A stretch of DNA of 64,000 nt. Origin: Phoronis australis (taxonomy: Eukaryota > Animalia > Phoronida). The position numbers were made by a program, and so were the translations under genes. The notes below the pieces were generated by a model that saw only the letters and a list, made by a program, of their open reading frames with translations, had not been told where the DNA came from and did not search any database. How positions within the stretch are numbered: the stretch's first letter is position 1; the number at the start of each line of letters is the position of its first letter. Positions 11,901-26,900 of this stretch are shown here, one piece after another. The stretch lies in the NCBI GenBank assembly GCA_002633005.1, contig NMRA01000133.1, positions 192,380 through 256,379 of the forward strand. The letters are read 5' to 3'.

Positions 11901-14900
11901 AGAACTGTATTCTAAAAGAATTGATTGTCACTTTTGAGTTTCTACAATTTATGCGTGAACGCAATTGTGATTTTAAATGTGAAGGCCTTAGGGGCGTAAA
12001 GCGGTTTTGAATATTTATGAAAATTTGTAAAAGTCTGTATTCTGTCGATATATTACTTTTGTAGTTATTTTTTGTGTGGGAATTTTCATCTAAGTAATTG
12101 AGTGAAATTTAATAGTCTGGTTTTGGAATTATTTGATCAAAAATTTTTGACAGCACAAAAAATCGTTCATAAGATTATTTAAATTCTTAGACTTGTGTTA
12201 AGTAAATAGTAATGAAACATACAAGGTCTGTTTCTGCATTTGCATATTGTGGAAAAAATTTCGAACTTTCTTGAAATACTCCGGCTACAATGGGGCCACA
12301 TTAGGTGAGTAGCAACGGTTACTTATTACCCAACACTCCAATAGACCGCCTCCTCAAAAGTGGCGATTTTTTGTCGCCAGCCCGACAGTGCTATTCACCA
12401 CCGCTCTTTCAAAATCACAGCAAGCCATCAGCTGATGACGGAACGTACAATTAAGGTGACAAATTATACCCTAAATTGCCATCATCACCAACCAAACTTC
12501 ACTGTTGTGTTAATCTCAGATATGAATTAGGAGCAGAGTTTCGGTCCCTTATAGAATACATAATTTTGCAGTCTACCATTTGAATGGTTGCATGTCACAA
12601 ATGAAATCTGCCCCTCAAGGTAAATGCTGTTTCGACAGTGGAGAAAGCCTGTGCAGTTGTTATAATATGTTATTTTTCTTTGCCTTTTCTGTGCGTCACG
12701 TTCTCTGTGGGTCGTCACGTTCTGTATGGGTCGGCTGTTTTCGTCAACCGTTGTAGTAATGTCTTCTTAACGTTGGCACAAAAGCGCCACCTCACCATGA
12801 GAATTAATTAGTTTGTAGAACCACAGTCATCTGTAAAGGTAGCTAAAGGAAATTTTATTTAAGAATTTCATTTTATTTATTGTCATTTTATTTATTGAGA
12901 CTTTTAAAGGGCCTTTCATACTTACGTCGAAGCGTCGATGGTTTGAGGACTTGTGGTCAGTATGAACGCTTAACTCCAGTCCTGGATCGCAGTTAACAGC
13001 TCCAGTTAACATCGCAGTTAACAGGTGGATTTAATAGCGTAGCGTCACCGCTGCGGTGCAGTATGAACGCTTAACTTCGGTCCAATCGAAGTTATCGCCA
13101 GGTGCCACTGTTATCGTCAACAGTTACAAGGTAGTGCCGTCACTAATAGCTGCTTATATTTTGCTCTAATAATAACCAATTGATTTGAAAATAAGTTTAA
13201 TGTCACTTAGCACATGTAAATGTTTCCAATTTGAAACGTTTAAAAAATCTTAGCGTGCAACGCTACCTAGCGATAACTTCGATGATGACAGCGGCACCAA
13301 CCGCTTACTTCGATGTTCATTAACTACCTAAGCCAGTATGAACGGTCCAGTTAACTGCGTTGTTTACATCGACGCTCCGCTCAGACCGGAGTTGGTCAAT
13401 ATGAAAGCGCCTTAAAACTAGTTACAGTTTATGTAAATTAATTTTCCTTCACACCAAAGTGAATGTGGGATCACAAAGGTCAGCCCATTTACATTCTGTT
13501 AAGAAATTTTCTCACACAAACCTGATGTGCTATCAATATATACGATACACTTATATACAATTAAACTTTCACGCTTATTGGAGTTTAGTCAAATTTAATA
13601 CAAAAAGTAAAAGTTTTATTAAGTACACAATGCATTTAACATAAGTTTTAAATGATTTTGAGCTGATATAGTGTCAACATTGTTACAAATAGATAGTCAT
13701 CGCTGACTTCTGTATGACCTGTTTGGTCTCAAATCACAACTGTGCCTATTTTTGTGAACACAACAATGCTAATGTCTTGGCAAAATTGTCTCTTTTCATA
13801 ATTGATATCAAAGCCAATGCATGCACCTGTCGCCAAAGTCTCAAAAGTTCAAGTCTGTTGCTCAGCAGGAATTTTAATTTTTTGGAATTTGTCATTCTCA
13901 ATCAAAAATCATTTAGCTCAAGGGGTTATTGTATGAATATTGCAGTGGTATTAGGTGGATAATTTCTCCTATTCAGTCAAAAAACAGAGATTTGATACTT
14001 TTGTGTCTCAAATGAGTGGTTTTGCACATCAATTGGTCACAGTTGAAAAAATTGAAATTGAGCCTGAGGGCATAGCTGTGGCCTGGCCAAAGCAGTGATA
14101 TTGTGCCTAAGATGGAAGCCTTATTCATCTATATAATATTATTGATCTGGCAGTTGGGCTGCTTCACATCCTTGGCAGGTGACCTGGTTAGAGAATGCGA
14201 CCCTCCTGTGCCTTGGTCTCCTAGGCAAACCTGGAACCTTCAAAACTTTGCCGGAAATAAAACTTCTTTTTTTAAGGTGTAGTCTGTGGGCATTCACTTT
14301 AGTTGTGTTTACACCGATTACAAATACGTGATACTGTCTTAAACATTCCTTGATGACTAAATGGAGTCACTACTGTTGTAAAATAATCATAAATCGATTG
14401 CACTTCCGTACTGTAATAGGGTCATTGTTCCATTTCTCTCATGGGCTATTTTGCTGAGGTCACTAAGTGCTCGTGTTCTTATTAATGCTCTTGTGTAATA
14501 ACCCCAAGTTAATTACAGTAACTGGTGTTATCACTACTTTGGCATCAGTATCTCCTAAGGCTTCTTTTAGTGGTAATAAACTGGGTATGGCTATTCTCCA
14601 CTAAAACCTTATTTTCCCATTTTGAAACGCTGTTTACCATAGTGCAAAAAATGGGAGCTTCACCAAATGTAGTTTTATGTCATCCTCTGAGTGAATACCA
14701 AGATTATGATACACTAAATCTCCCCGGTTGGGGAAAAAATTGCCGTTTTTCAAGGGTTTCTTCCAGTGTTGTCACTGCCTGTAAATGTTCAAAACATTGT
14801 ACTAAACTTGAACCAGAAAAATCATAAATTTTCGTACTGTACAATTGGTGAAATAAAATTCCTGGTGTCATTCATATTGTGTCCTAAATTACCACAAAAA

Positions 14901-17900
14901 TATTGATATTTTCTTTATCGTTTCTTTTGTGAAAAAAATTGACAAAATAGTGTTCAAGTCTGTCTGTCATATTGTTTGCTAAACAGGCGATGAGTTGCTG
15001 TATGTGTCATCAATGAAATGTGAATAAATCTGAACTTCACAGATGAGGGAGTCTGGCTAATTGTCCTCCACAAAATCGTAGCTGAATGAAATGACAGCCC
15101 AGCTTTATTCAAGATCGAGACAATTTAAAAATGTGTTTGATCTCTTGAGTCAGATAGTCATCAGTTGAAATAACTGTGTTCTGTTCAAGTAGAACCATGT
15201 AAACTTGGTGATTTCCTTATAAGCAAAGGTGTTGGCTTTTCGTGCCAGGTAGATATTATCAGCGGAGCGTGTTTGATCCTGGTGAAGTTTCCCTAGCTGT
15301 ATTCATTCGCTCTAATTTGACGTGATCTGAATGAGCTTGGCTTTTATTTGGACCTGCTGTTCCATGCTAATATCTCCATCCCCCTCTCTTGTTCTGTGGG
15401 ATCCATGGGAGGTCCCCTTATCGATATTTGTAATCTATGGATGAATTGAAGTACCTCTTGTTGATAGACCTGAATGGGAATACACTTCGTCAGACATTTT
15501 GAGTGTGTAACATTGTCATAAAATCTTTTTTTCTACAATTGGAATATAGGGGATAATGTTAATCGCTGGTCCTCAAATGCATCACTGATTTGTGCGTAAG
15601 AGAGCGTGTCCTCGCGTTTTAGAGCACTCTTTTATCGACCAACGCAGGTGTTGTAGCAAACTCATGTCAGTTTTCAAACCGTTGAGGTGATCTTATGGAA
15701 TATGTACTAAAATATCGCTAATGAATTTGTTGTACTTCAATTTTGCATTAAATAATTTTCTTAATTTTTTGAAATAGTAGTTTTTATTCATAGAATTTTC
15801 AGAAATTATGTCTACACTAAGGGATTCTGCTGTCAGGTTTTTTGGAATTTTTACTTGTTTGTCAAAATCCATTCTTTGTCAAAATTACACTTACATCAAA
15901 ATTAAATTTTTGATCAGGTAAACTGCTTCCAAGTGCATTGCAGTTAAACATGGACACTGCCAATCTTCAATAGTGGTGCCTAGAGCTCTTATGAACATAT
16001 ATCTAGTGATTGTGGTGAACAGAAATCAGATCTGCTTTGTTCATGCAAAGCTTGTTATCCGAGTCGGAATACTTTTTTAGTCGTGGCTATGTTGGCGGCC
16101 ATTGAAAGAACATGAAGGTTCTTGATTTGTTGCTGCTGAGCGTGTGCCTGTAGAAATGGTGTGGGTGACTAGCGTTCTTTTATACCTGCAGTTGCTCATT
16201 ACGAGATTTTACGATTCTGTTTCACGTGTTGGCAAAAAGCATTTTAAAGTCTCATTTTTGTGGTCTGTATATATGTAATCATGTGTACAGTTGATTAGAT
16301 AGAAAAAATTCAGGGTATTAAACTTCTAGGAAACTGCTATGCTAGTAATCAAGATTTTGTTTTTATAGAAAATCGGTTGCTTATTTGCTGGAGTAACATT
16401 TTGGAAGGCCATTAATATTTTGTATACTTAAGCTTTGTCGCTCAATTAGTTTTCAAGATTTATTGTTTGGTTCTTCCACAGTGGCAGATCTATGAGGGGG
16501 CTCAGGTAGTTTTAAACCCCCCTCCAGAAGTAAGACACTTGTCAGCCATAGTGTGTTTTAAGTTGATGAGATTTTACCCCTAGTAATACATATGAATGTT
16601 GCCCTAATGGTTTCTATAACATATCTGATCATTCAGAGATAAGATTGTTCTCTGGTTATGAGTTATGTCCCAATATCCCTGGGCAAACATTATCCCCAGA
16701 GCCAGGGGGTCTCCTTATGTCAAGTGCTTGCTTTGTTTTACTAACCAATGCCTGACCCTAGTTACCAGTTGGTGTTGTCTTGTGAAGCAGAAATGGCACA
16801 CAACTGATTGGCCCTGTGTAAAGATGGTTGACAAAAATTGGAACTACTGGTTCTTCTTCATTCCAGGGTTTTGTTGAACTGTGACCAATAGGATGTAGGT
16901 TTCTAAATCTCGCTCTCTAACTCCTGGCATCAGTTAAAAGCAAAAAACAACACCGTTGAGACTGACACGTGCAGTAATCATCTACGAGCATGAAATGCAA
17001 CTTGTAATTGCAGTCAGCTGATGAAGTTACCCTTCTGCACGTTAAAGTGTGGCCTGAGGTTTTTAGCAGTTTTTACAACTGTTGAGTCCGGCTCATTGAG
17101 TCTGTCGAAGTTGGCTTGAAATGTTGGTAAATACATGTTGAATTAGATTTTCTTTCATTAAGATCAGCCTTGTATCAAACAGAGCTTATGTCAGTCAACT
17201 AGTGTTAAATGCGGTCTGATAAGCTTGTCTGTGAAAATTTAGGTTTGAAGACCCTGAAGAATCATTTTCCATTTGTATAAAATTGTGGAGAGGAGTATTT
17301 AGGTATTTAGAAAATATTGTTGACCACATTTGTCTTATTCTGGTGCAAAGTGAATTTTTATGCGCCCACATATTTATATGTGGACGCATTATTATTGATT
17401 GAGTTTGCAGTCTTGTAATGGTGAATAGCACAGCGTGAAGTTAACTAACGTACTGTATCTGCCTTGGAAAGCTTACTCACAGGTGTAAGTTCATCTTTAA
17501 CTTTGAAGTTATTCTGGCGTAGAAGCCTTCCTACTCTGGTGTAAACCCATGATCCCCAATTGGTGGAACAAAATTTGACCTAGATTTTGGAAATCAAGGT
17601 GTTACTTTGGGTAGTTGCAATCCCTAATTAAGGAAGACAGTGACAGTGCATGTGTTTTTGGATTTGAACTGAATCGATTGGCATTGTGGGTTTGCAATAT
17701 TTTCTGACAATTCTATATTTTTGATAACATGGCGACATGGTGAAGCCATTTTTAATTCACAAGCTCATGTGCTACCAATTCAGCATGCTGTTTGTCACAA
17801 ACTTCTACTGACTGTCTCGTTGATGAGTAGAATTGAAGTAATTTGCATGTGAGGCATAGGTCAAAGGGCATGCATAAACGACCTTTAAAAGCTATTATAG

Positions 17901-20900
17901 ATTTTTAAGTTGTGTTATGTAATGACTTATTTCTTCAATTTAAGACTGGATTTATAATTAAACTTAAACACGAAGATTCTTTTCAAATTCCAGAAGACAT
18001 GATTCATAACAAAAGAGAATGTAGAAAATTGTAATTTTCTTCAAAAATATTTGGTTGTCAGAACCACTGAGAAAGAATCAGCCCTGAGAGACCAACTGTC
18101 TTCTGGTTTACATCAGAGCGGATTCTGATTGTGATTCGTTATTCTGGTGGACCAAGTCAACACAGTTATCACCTGTGTATATATTGTACATTATGCTGGG
18201 CAAATCTAACATGTCTCTATTATCACTGCTTCTAACTGACCGCTCATGTTGAACATTTTGCCAATTATCAGTAACCTGTCAGATTTATGGGGTGGATTAT
18301 TGCCCGGAGATTTGTGGACTGACAAAGATTTACTCAGACAAAGGTTTGTTCGCTTTCTGTCGTTCCAGATTTGCTATTTTGATGAATTCCGACTTACCCA
18401 GGTGTTAAGATGTTCTAGATATGATTTACTCTGTGAGTTGGTGGCAAATGCTATTTTACAAATGATAAATATGGTTAATGTTTTTATTTTTTAATTAACA
18501 TTCACATGTTAAGCTTTTGCATGGCCAAATTTTTAGTTGTTTTATAGTAACTCCTTTAAAAATGTCTAAAATTGGACAACTTTTGAAACGCCAGGTCACA
18601 GAAATAGGAGATCTGATTCACATGAAATATTTGGATACTACACTGTAAGTGCTGTTCCCTGAAGCAATGTTGGGAATTGTTTTTGAATCGATCCACTTGT
18701 GTATGAGGAGTCATCGAAAATAGTAATTTATGATTTTTATTATTAGAAAATTAAAAACTAAAAAGTAGCATAAAGCGAAAACAAGTGAATAGCGTAGGTG
18801 AGGGTCAAGGAGTCGTACTTTTGACATCATCAACGTTTTAGAGTACACATGAAATAACAATGTAGGTTCGTCAGTCTTGTCAGTCTAATGTCATAATAAT
18901 AGTGTTCAGAGTTTCCACACCTTGAATTTATGGCCACTCTACTGACCCTGTTTAATTGCCACCCCTCTGACATATGTTTCACTGTAGAAATAATTCTTTA
19001 TTCGGTTCCACTCTGTTTTCATGTTCTGTTTTCTGATTTAAAGTTGCTGGAGAGTTAAATTTCAAGTGAAATTGAATTTCTTGTGTGTATGCAGGATCTT
19101 TGACCCTGGTACAAAAAAATCCCGAAGCAGTGTCTTGGCATTCTTCAACAATAATTGGAGAAAAATTTAATCGCTTTCCCCCAAAAAGTACAAAGCTTTT
19201 GAAAACTTGTAATGTGTGTAGTTTCCATTCCAATCAATTCAAAACCTATCACAAATAGAAGAAAATGGGACTCAGCAGCGTTATAGGGTTCGTAATATTC
19301 ATAAAGATTTACCCAATCTTTCTCCTTAGCCAACAAAGTGCCTAGCTGTAGTCTCATCTTAGCCTTAAAATTATGTCCCTTTCCTCTTCTCTGCCAACGA
19401 ATCTTTTGTTCATTCAAATACCTTGCTCATGAGGTGATTTTACAATGCACTGAGACATTTTGTCGGCAACTTAAAACACTGTACCTTTCGAAGCCGATCA
19501 AGCCATCAGTACTTAAACTTGTTACATTCGATTATTTCGTCTTCAAAAAGGTATTAAACATTACCCAGCATGCCTGGCCTGCACGATTTATTCTCGCTGT
19601 GGGTGTATTTAGGAGAAAAGCTTTTGTGGATATTATGACCTGTGCTTATTTATTCAACATATTTACTCTGGTGGCCGGAAAAATGAACCAATTATCCGAG
19701 CGAATGAAAGACCAAAGAAAGGGATTTAAACCACTTTACCCCGACTATTCAGTGATATATTTTGTTACTCAAACCCAGTTCATTGTACACTTAAAATGCT
19801 CCTCTAACGGAAATTCAGGGAACGGCCGTGTCATTTAAAACTGCTTGTCTACAATATGGCTTCCCCGTCAGACAAATCTGACCCGATTACGAATATCTGT
19901 CCTTGATCTATGTTTCTGTCTGGAATATCTGGTAACCATCTTCATCTTTCTACCCAGGGGTTTTTCTTCACAAGTTTAGCTACAAACCGGGATTATCGGT
20001 ATAAAATAGGTTTAATAAAAATCAGCTTAGCCGTCATTCAGCTTATATTGACCATATTCAGCGTTAATTCTCATACTCACAATCCTTTTTTAAACTTCTC
20101 TTTGGAAAGTCTCCTTTTAAAATATAGTAAAAACCTCCGTCTAGGCTAAATGATAAATGATTTGCAGTGAGCCTCTGTCTAAACCACTGTATTATCTAAC
20201 AGAAAAGTGCGATTGGATTAACAGGCGTTTTTGAGTTGTGCACTTTTCTCAGTTTTGTTTGTTGTGGATCATTTGTCTGGGCCTCATGTCACTCGAACAT
20301 AATTTCTTCGGGGAGGTGTATAGAATGTCACTTTATTTTATGTAAATTTACTTTATTTGATGTGAATGCCTCTACAAGCACGTAGATCAGTTAGTCTGAA
20401 TTTTTTTGACCTAGCGAAGACTGACTCCTGTTTGGTGTGTTAAGTCATTAATGTGGTTGGGTTGAGTTAGTACTTTTAAAGGATTAGACCCCAGGCTGTC
20501 TCCAAGAATCCACAACAATCAGAACTTACAGGGGTAATGGGTTTGGAATGTTTACCTTTGACTTTTACCTGGACAAATTATTCATATGTTAAAATGACTC
20601 AATACATAATCGATAACCAACTTTGTCCAGCTGGTTTCTTACCTGAAACCTTGTTGTTGCCCAGGTGGGTACACTGTTGATCCACCCACCCACCCTGTTT
20701 TCAACTAGTTCACCTGTGTGGCCTTAACCAGTCTGTTATTTCTGCCCAATTTGTACAATTGTTGTTATGCAATAGGGTTTCCTGTTGTCTGTTTGCATTA
20801 TCAGTAAGCTGATTTGGGTTCACCTTTCTGCCCTGTTGTTTGTACTCTGTTGGTCAACCTGCCTTCATTCAACTTTAATGTCACTAGTACAGGTTTGGAG

Positions 20901-23900
20901 TGAGTGGGAATAGTGCTCCATCTTATCAGTGTGTGTGGCTAAAACACTTGCCATTTCTCTACACAAATATGCTGTCCATTTAGGGGTAATTTTCCCCAGT
21001 TCTTAGCTTGTTAGCTAAACTCTGCTCTATAGAAACCCCAGAATTTTGTATAATGTAAAACTAGTTCTTCTGTTCAAGATTAAGGAAATTCTTTGGCTAC
21101 ACACTGTGTTGTAATCACACAAAATTTGGTGAATGAATGAAATTTTCTTTTTTCTTTTCTTTCATGACAGATAAGTTGCACAAAATAAATGTTTTGTCCC
21201 CTTTAAGTTCTACACCACAGACACTCACCATCAGGTTATGTTTTGAGAAATTGTAGGCATTGGCAATAATGCTAGAAGATCTGGAAAAATCACTCGGGAT
21301 CATTTTCGGCTATTATTTTGTACAAATTTGTGACATTCTACAGCCTTATCACCGCTATTTAATTACGTCATACATTAGACTAAACACCTTTACTTATTAA
21401 TTTTCACTTTACTATCTCTACTTGTGGGTCCCTCCAATGCTGAATCATCTTGAAACTTAGTCCAAACAAACCAAGTCTGTTTTATCAGCCCTCTGTTTCA
21501 TACCTGTCAACACCCCCTGTTTGATCTGATACAGACTGAAGACATTAGTGGATATAGTCTTCTAAACTTATCTCAGAATGGCTGTCTTATAAATACTCCC
21601 TTTATCAGAATTCTCAAGACACCTCTCAAGAGTAAACATAACATTTGACTGAAGTTGATTTATTCACATATTTGTCTAGTTTGCAGGTTCTTTAAAAATC
21701 TAAACTGCTTTTTATTGCAATATTTTCATCCATTGTTATATTCTTCTATTACCTGTGACTGTTCTAATGACACTTGTCAACAATTCCTGCCCAGTCATAG
21801 TTGGGGCTTATGGGTAATTCTTCAGATATTTCTTACAAAAATAATTGCCAAAATTATTTTTTTTCTGTTTCTCTAAGGCTGACAAGTGACAACTTTTCTG
21901 CAAATAATAGAACTAGCCAGCTTTTCCTTTGTGACATCTACAACTGGAGAAGAAACCAAGTTAATGATAGACTGAAGGCTCCCTAGTCTTCAGTTTTGTT
22001 GTCAGTAATTTGGCAAAATGAAATTTCAAGTGACTGTCATATTGTGTGCTCAATAAGTGAAGAATGATTTGTCACAATATTTGGCTAAATTTCCACAGTG
22101 GTGTGCTTCTTTCCTTTGCATATTCTGTGTTTGAGTACTCTTCATGGTTTAAAGTGGCTCCCTGCATTCTTGAAATAGACCAGGTATAGTTATTTATTAG
22201 CTCTTGTTTTGAGACTGAAGACCACTGCATTGGCACGCATATCTCTGGCAGAGATCATCTGACACACCAACCGCAGAACTCGTATCGTGATTCCCCCGTT
22301 CTGTCAGTATGGTAAAATTTCACCAAGAATTGCCAAAATTGACCTTTTTCATTTTTCAACTAGTTGTTGTGACTGTCTACGATTTTTCGAAATATTTTTT
22401 GTTGGTATCTGTGGTACTAAACTTGACTGTGGAAAAGCATTAATTATTTGCTTCATATCTTTAATGGAAAAATATACTTGCATGCCATATTGTGTTCTAA
22501 ATTCAGGACTTGGCATTTTCCTCTTTTAAGAGGATTCCTTTTTTTGGTTTGGATTTCATTTTATTTGATTTCAATTTTTCTCTTTTTCGCCTCTTTTTAT
22601 CATTACTTTGACTTTATTCATACAAAAAATGTTTATTTCAGTTAAATTTTAGTACACAAGAATTCTTTCTATCGCACTTGTCTACTTCTTAGTGGAACAA
22701 TACATCACCTGGAAAATTTTCATCTTTTTGTCATTAGTCATTGCAAGCCCTGTAAATTGATGAAATTTTACGATATTAAATGATTCCAGTTCTCTCTATC
22801 TTGTCATTCCTCACTGGCTCTGATGAAAATACAATAAATACTTTGTCGAGTTGTGAAACTAATGAGTAGGGTGAATCTTCAGTTGTATTGTAGAATTATA
22901 CTGTGGCACATTGTAGAAAAATTGTTTTAGAAAAAAAATTGTTTTAGAAAATTTTGTTCTCTTAACATGGTTGATATGACGCAACAGTCTTCAAACAGCA
23001 TTTGGTATATATTGAACATATTGAACATTCATAGCAATCCAATAAGCCTTTGAAAAATCAAAAAAAAACTTTTACAATAAAAAATTATTTTTTGTCCCAA
23101 ATTGAAGAATTTTTTACTTACAGGGGTTTGTGGGAGGTACAGGGGTTTGTGGGACAATTAGTTGAATTTTTACAAGTAGATCTGTCCAAGTTCAAATCGT
23201 GTTCTACCGTTGTTCAGTGTTTTGGGTGACGTAACATGGATTTTTCACACATTTGGTGTTTATACATCATGTATTTCTGCTAAGGGTTTTTCTATGTTAT
23301 CATTCCTATCTGATCTCCATCAACCATTGTTCAATCAGCCTCAGTACAGTAACATTTCTGTCGTTTTCGACAATGATAATGAAGTCTTTTTATTGAAGTG
23401 TTACCATAATTTTGAGACGAATGGTGATGTCCAGTCATTAAATAGTATAAAATTACAGTATCCAGATTTTTTGTTCTTTTTTCGAAGTAGATCAGTCTTT
23501 TAATTGATTATTTGGAAATTGCTGTCTTTTTGTAACAAGTTTACAGGAATCAAAATAATAAGACCTTCCAATTGAAAGAATGTTTACCACAATTACCAGG
23601 TTCCATTCTTGGCAATAGAGCCATCATGACTACACACCACACCTCACTCAATGTTATCAGTGCCCTAACAGGTTATCTTACCTGCATGGGGTGATTTTCT
23701 TGGTCAAAGTATCCAGGAATGTTAATCACTACTTGCAAAGGTATCCTCTCACAGCACCAGTAATACATGTGATGTGGTTTCAGATGTATATTGCAATATA
23801 TTTGTTGATCCATAAGAAGCTTTTGAGGGAGTTGACCACAATTTATTGGCATATGCCTCACAGTAACCTGTTCTTGACTATTCAGAATCATGTATGACAA

Positions 23901-26900
23901 TCCAATGCATGAATGGATAAGGCAGGGATTATGTGGGTGATGGATCAGCTCCTTGCTTAGTAGAGAATCCATTCTGAGAGTCTTTCCAGCAGATGATGCC
24001 ATTATCAAATGTAAGGTGGTAACCACTTCCTGAAATGTCATCTTGTGGTCTATAGGAAGTGAAGTGATGCTTCTGCGTTTCTCACTTTCATTGGATTTGG
24101 ACTATGAAAGCTTGATAATAACTGGCCAATATCCTTGTCTACTGCAGTTCTGCGCAAGGGAGTGCACAGATCTGAAATGATTAAATTACTCTAAGAAAAC
24201 TAGAGGCTATGTTTTGAAAAATGCCCAGTGAAAACATTTCCCACCGTGCCTCCATCACTTGTAACCAATCTCTTGTGTGTGCCTGGCACAAGTCTGGTTA
24301 ACTTGTTGATTGACCGAACTCCCAAGCCCTCAGCTGAACCACTGCAACTCCCATCAACGCCACCGATCTGGGAGCGACAGTTTAAATTTGAAAATGTTTC
24401 CGCTGACATTTTGATCAGTCGATAGCATTCAGACATAATGCGATTTTAGCATAGGCATACATTGTTGGAGGGCAGATACCTTGTTAACACCGATATGATT
24501 ACACCGTGAGGTTTGATTAAAAAGATACACGTTTAAATTGTTTTTTTGAAAGGGTGCAGATTTTGATATATTGAATTTCAGTATGAATTACATCACCGTG
24601 GTGATGGTCCGGCACACTTTTGTGTTTGTTAAGCTGCTAACATTGCCTCTTGAACTGGGTTCACATTTGCGACAATTTTCTGTGTCTGGTTCTGTTTTAT
24701 TTGACTTAAAAACCCATTCTGTGGCATTCTGCTCAGTGCAAATTTAGTGTTAAAATCTAAATTGAGTCATAAATATGAACTCATGTTTGGTCAAAGGGCA
24801 TATATAGATCTGGTCTGCACACTGGATGGCCTATTTTGAAATTTGCTCCTCACTTTTATCAAGCAACTGCTGTCATTTTTTTAGTCAAGTCCTCCATCTT
24901 TTAGAACATTTGTTCTCAACAGCATACAGGCTGTGGCAGATTTTCAGCTGTGTGGCTTGTCAAGGTGGCCACAAACAGCTCTGCCGTCATTGACTGCGTG
25001 AGCACTGGGCAGGCAACCATGTCACTATGTCACTGAAGCTGGTGATGGGAAGAACCCCCCCGCACACCCCCCCCCCCCNCCAGCCACATTTGCTGATAAC
25101 AAGTCTATTTTAGGAGAATTGAACATCTAAAATACTGCATCACTGTATCAATTAAAAAACAAGAACTAACAAGGTTTTTGTCTTGATATTAAGAGGTGTC
25201 GTGGCTTGAAAGTGTGCAATGGTAATATAACACATATTTAAGTTGAGGGTTTGAGAAGGATGACTGAGAGCTAGATAAATATTTTGGTTTACCGGTTGGA
25301 CCAAACACCATTGTTTAGTTGTGTCAAAGAACCCCATATTCCTGTGTGTTCAAGGAATCTGGTGGCTAAAAACAAACCAGTACTTTGTCCTGTGAACACA
25401 GTTAAGACAATCTGTGTTGTTTTAGGCTGTTAATTAAAAGCACGAATTGCTAGTAACTGTAGCTGACTGTTTAGACAAATCCTGGGGTGTCTGAGAGGTT
25501 GAGACATGTAGTAGATTGATAGAGGCCAATCATGGCACAAGACTGACTGTGGGGTTTATCTCAACCCAGGAAAGGTCTTATAACAGAAAAATGGCTGGTG
25601 TAAAAATGACACCAGACTGTCTTCAAGTACAAAATGGAGTTTCTTGTGAAGCACTTGAAGCGCATTTTTAAAGGCAGAGGCCATGTTGTAAGATTGAAAT
25701 AGATGAGTGGATTAGAAACGACCACAGGATGTGTTCATGTACAAGTTGAAGTTCCTTGGTGTTCATTGCCTTGTTCTTGTGTATTATAATTTAACTGTTC
25801 ATGTTTTGTCACAATGACTAAATCAACGACAGAAAGATGAGAGTACGTCTGTGTTGTACCCTTATTAAATGTTGTGAATTTATGGTGGAAATGTATTGAT
25901 TATCATATATGGGATGTTCTAGTGAGGCACAGCTATCCTGATACATATAGTTTGCTTAAGAGGTTTTTTTACAAGTCCTTAACGATGGATTACATCTCTG
26001 TTGATTCCTGGGTACTGTTTGGCAGAAATGCTTGAAAGGACCATTCTTTACACTTGGCCCACATTTTAGCCTAGGTGTTTGGCATCGGTGGTGACTGGTG
26101 ATGAAAGATTGGAGAGAAACTGTCACTGGACCATAGTATTGTGTCAGCCAAGCCTTGCCATTTGTGCTAATGTAGGTCTTGCCTGTTTTGTTGGATTTGT
26201 GGGGATCATTATGGGTGGACAGAAAACTACACAAATATCACTGATTTTGGTCAGAAGACCATCGAAATTATACAAATTTTTTACACATTTACATATATGA
26301 TACATACGTATATAAGTTATTAAGGCATAAAGTGGTATTGTGTTGCTACGTAGTCGATCAAGCAAGCTGCAGATCTCTATAAAAACTGCTAGTATCTCAT
26401 TTATTCAATTCCAATCTTCGAGTCTAATTCTGTATGTTTTAACTTACAACTTCCACTCTAGTGCTTGTCACTCTATAGTGTTAACAACAGTTCACCCTTT
26501 ATTATGAGAGGGGCGTCATTCAATAGTTTTTTACCTGATCTCCTTACATGGTAATTGACCTGTGTTTACAAAGGCATCATTAGATATGGATGACATCTTT
26601 TAGTCTGAATGAACAGGCCCAACTCAGTTTACTGTTGGAATTTCCTGCTCTTAAAATTGACAAAAGATACTGTCAGTGATATTAAGATACTGTCGGTGAT
26701 ATTAAGATACTGTCGGTGATATTGAGATACTGTCGGTGATATTCTGCATTGCATGCTCTAGAAACAACATGCTTTTTTCTGCCATGAAATTATGTGATTG
26801 TTAATAAAATCGGGCTCATACCAAGGGGGCAGGGATTTGGATTCCCCTCCATGCTCAACCACTTTTGAAATTGAGGAATATAAATTGCCCGCCGTGTCTC

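Noticed and set aside
15905-15923. Recursive splice site in the giant intron (TTTTTGATCAG|GTAAAC)
   Set aside because: The donor is weak and I found no strong Y-tract-AG|GTRAGT site in the intron.
26664-26743. Short repeat arrays (also 50053-50264 and 55143-55303) as CRISPR arrays
   Set aside because: Head-to-tail repeats without unique spacers, no cas genes, and a eukaryotic intronic context.
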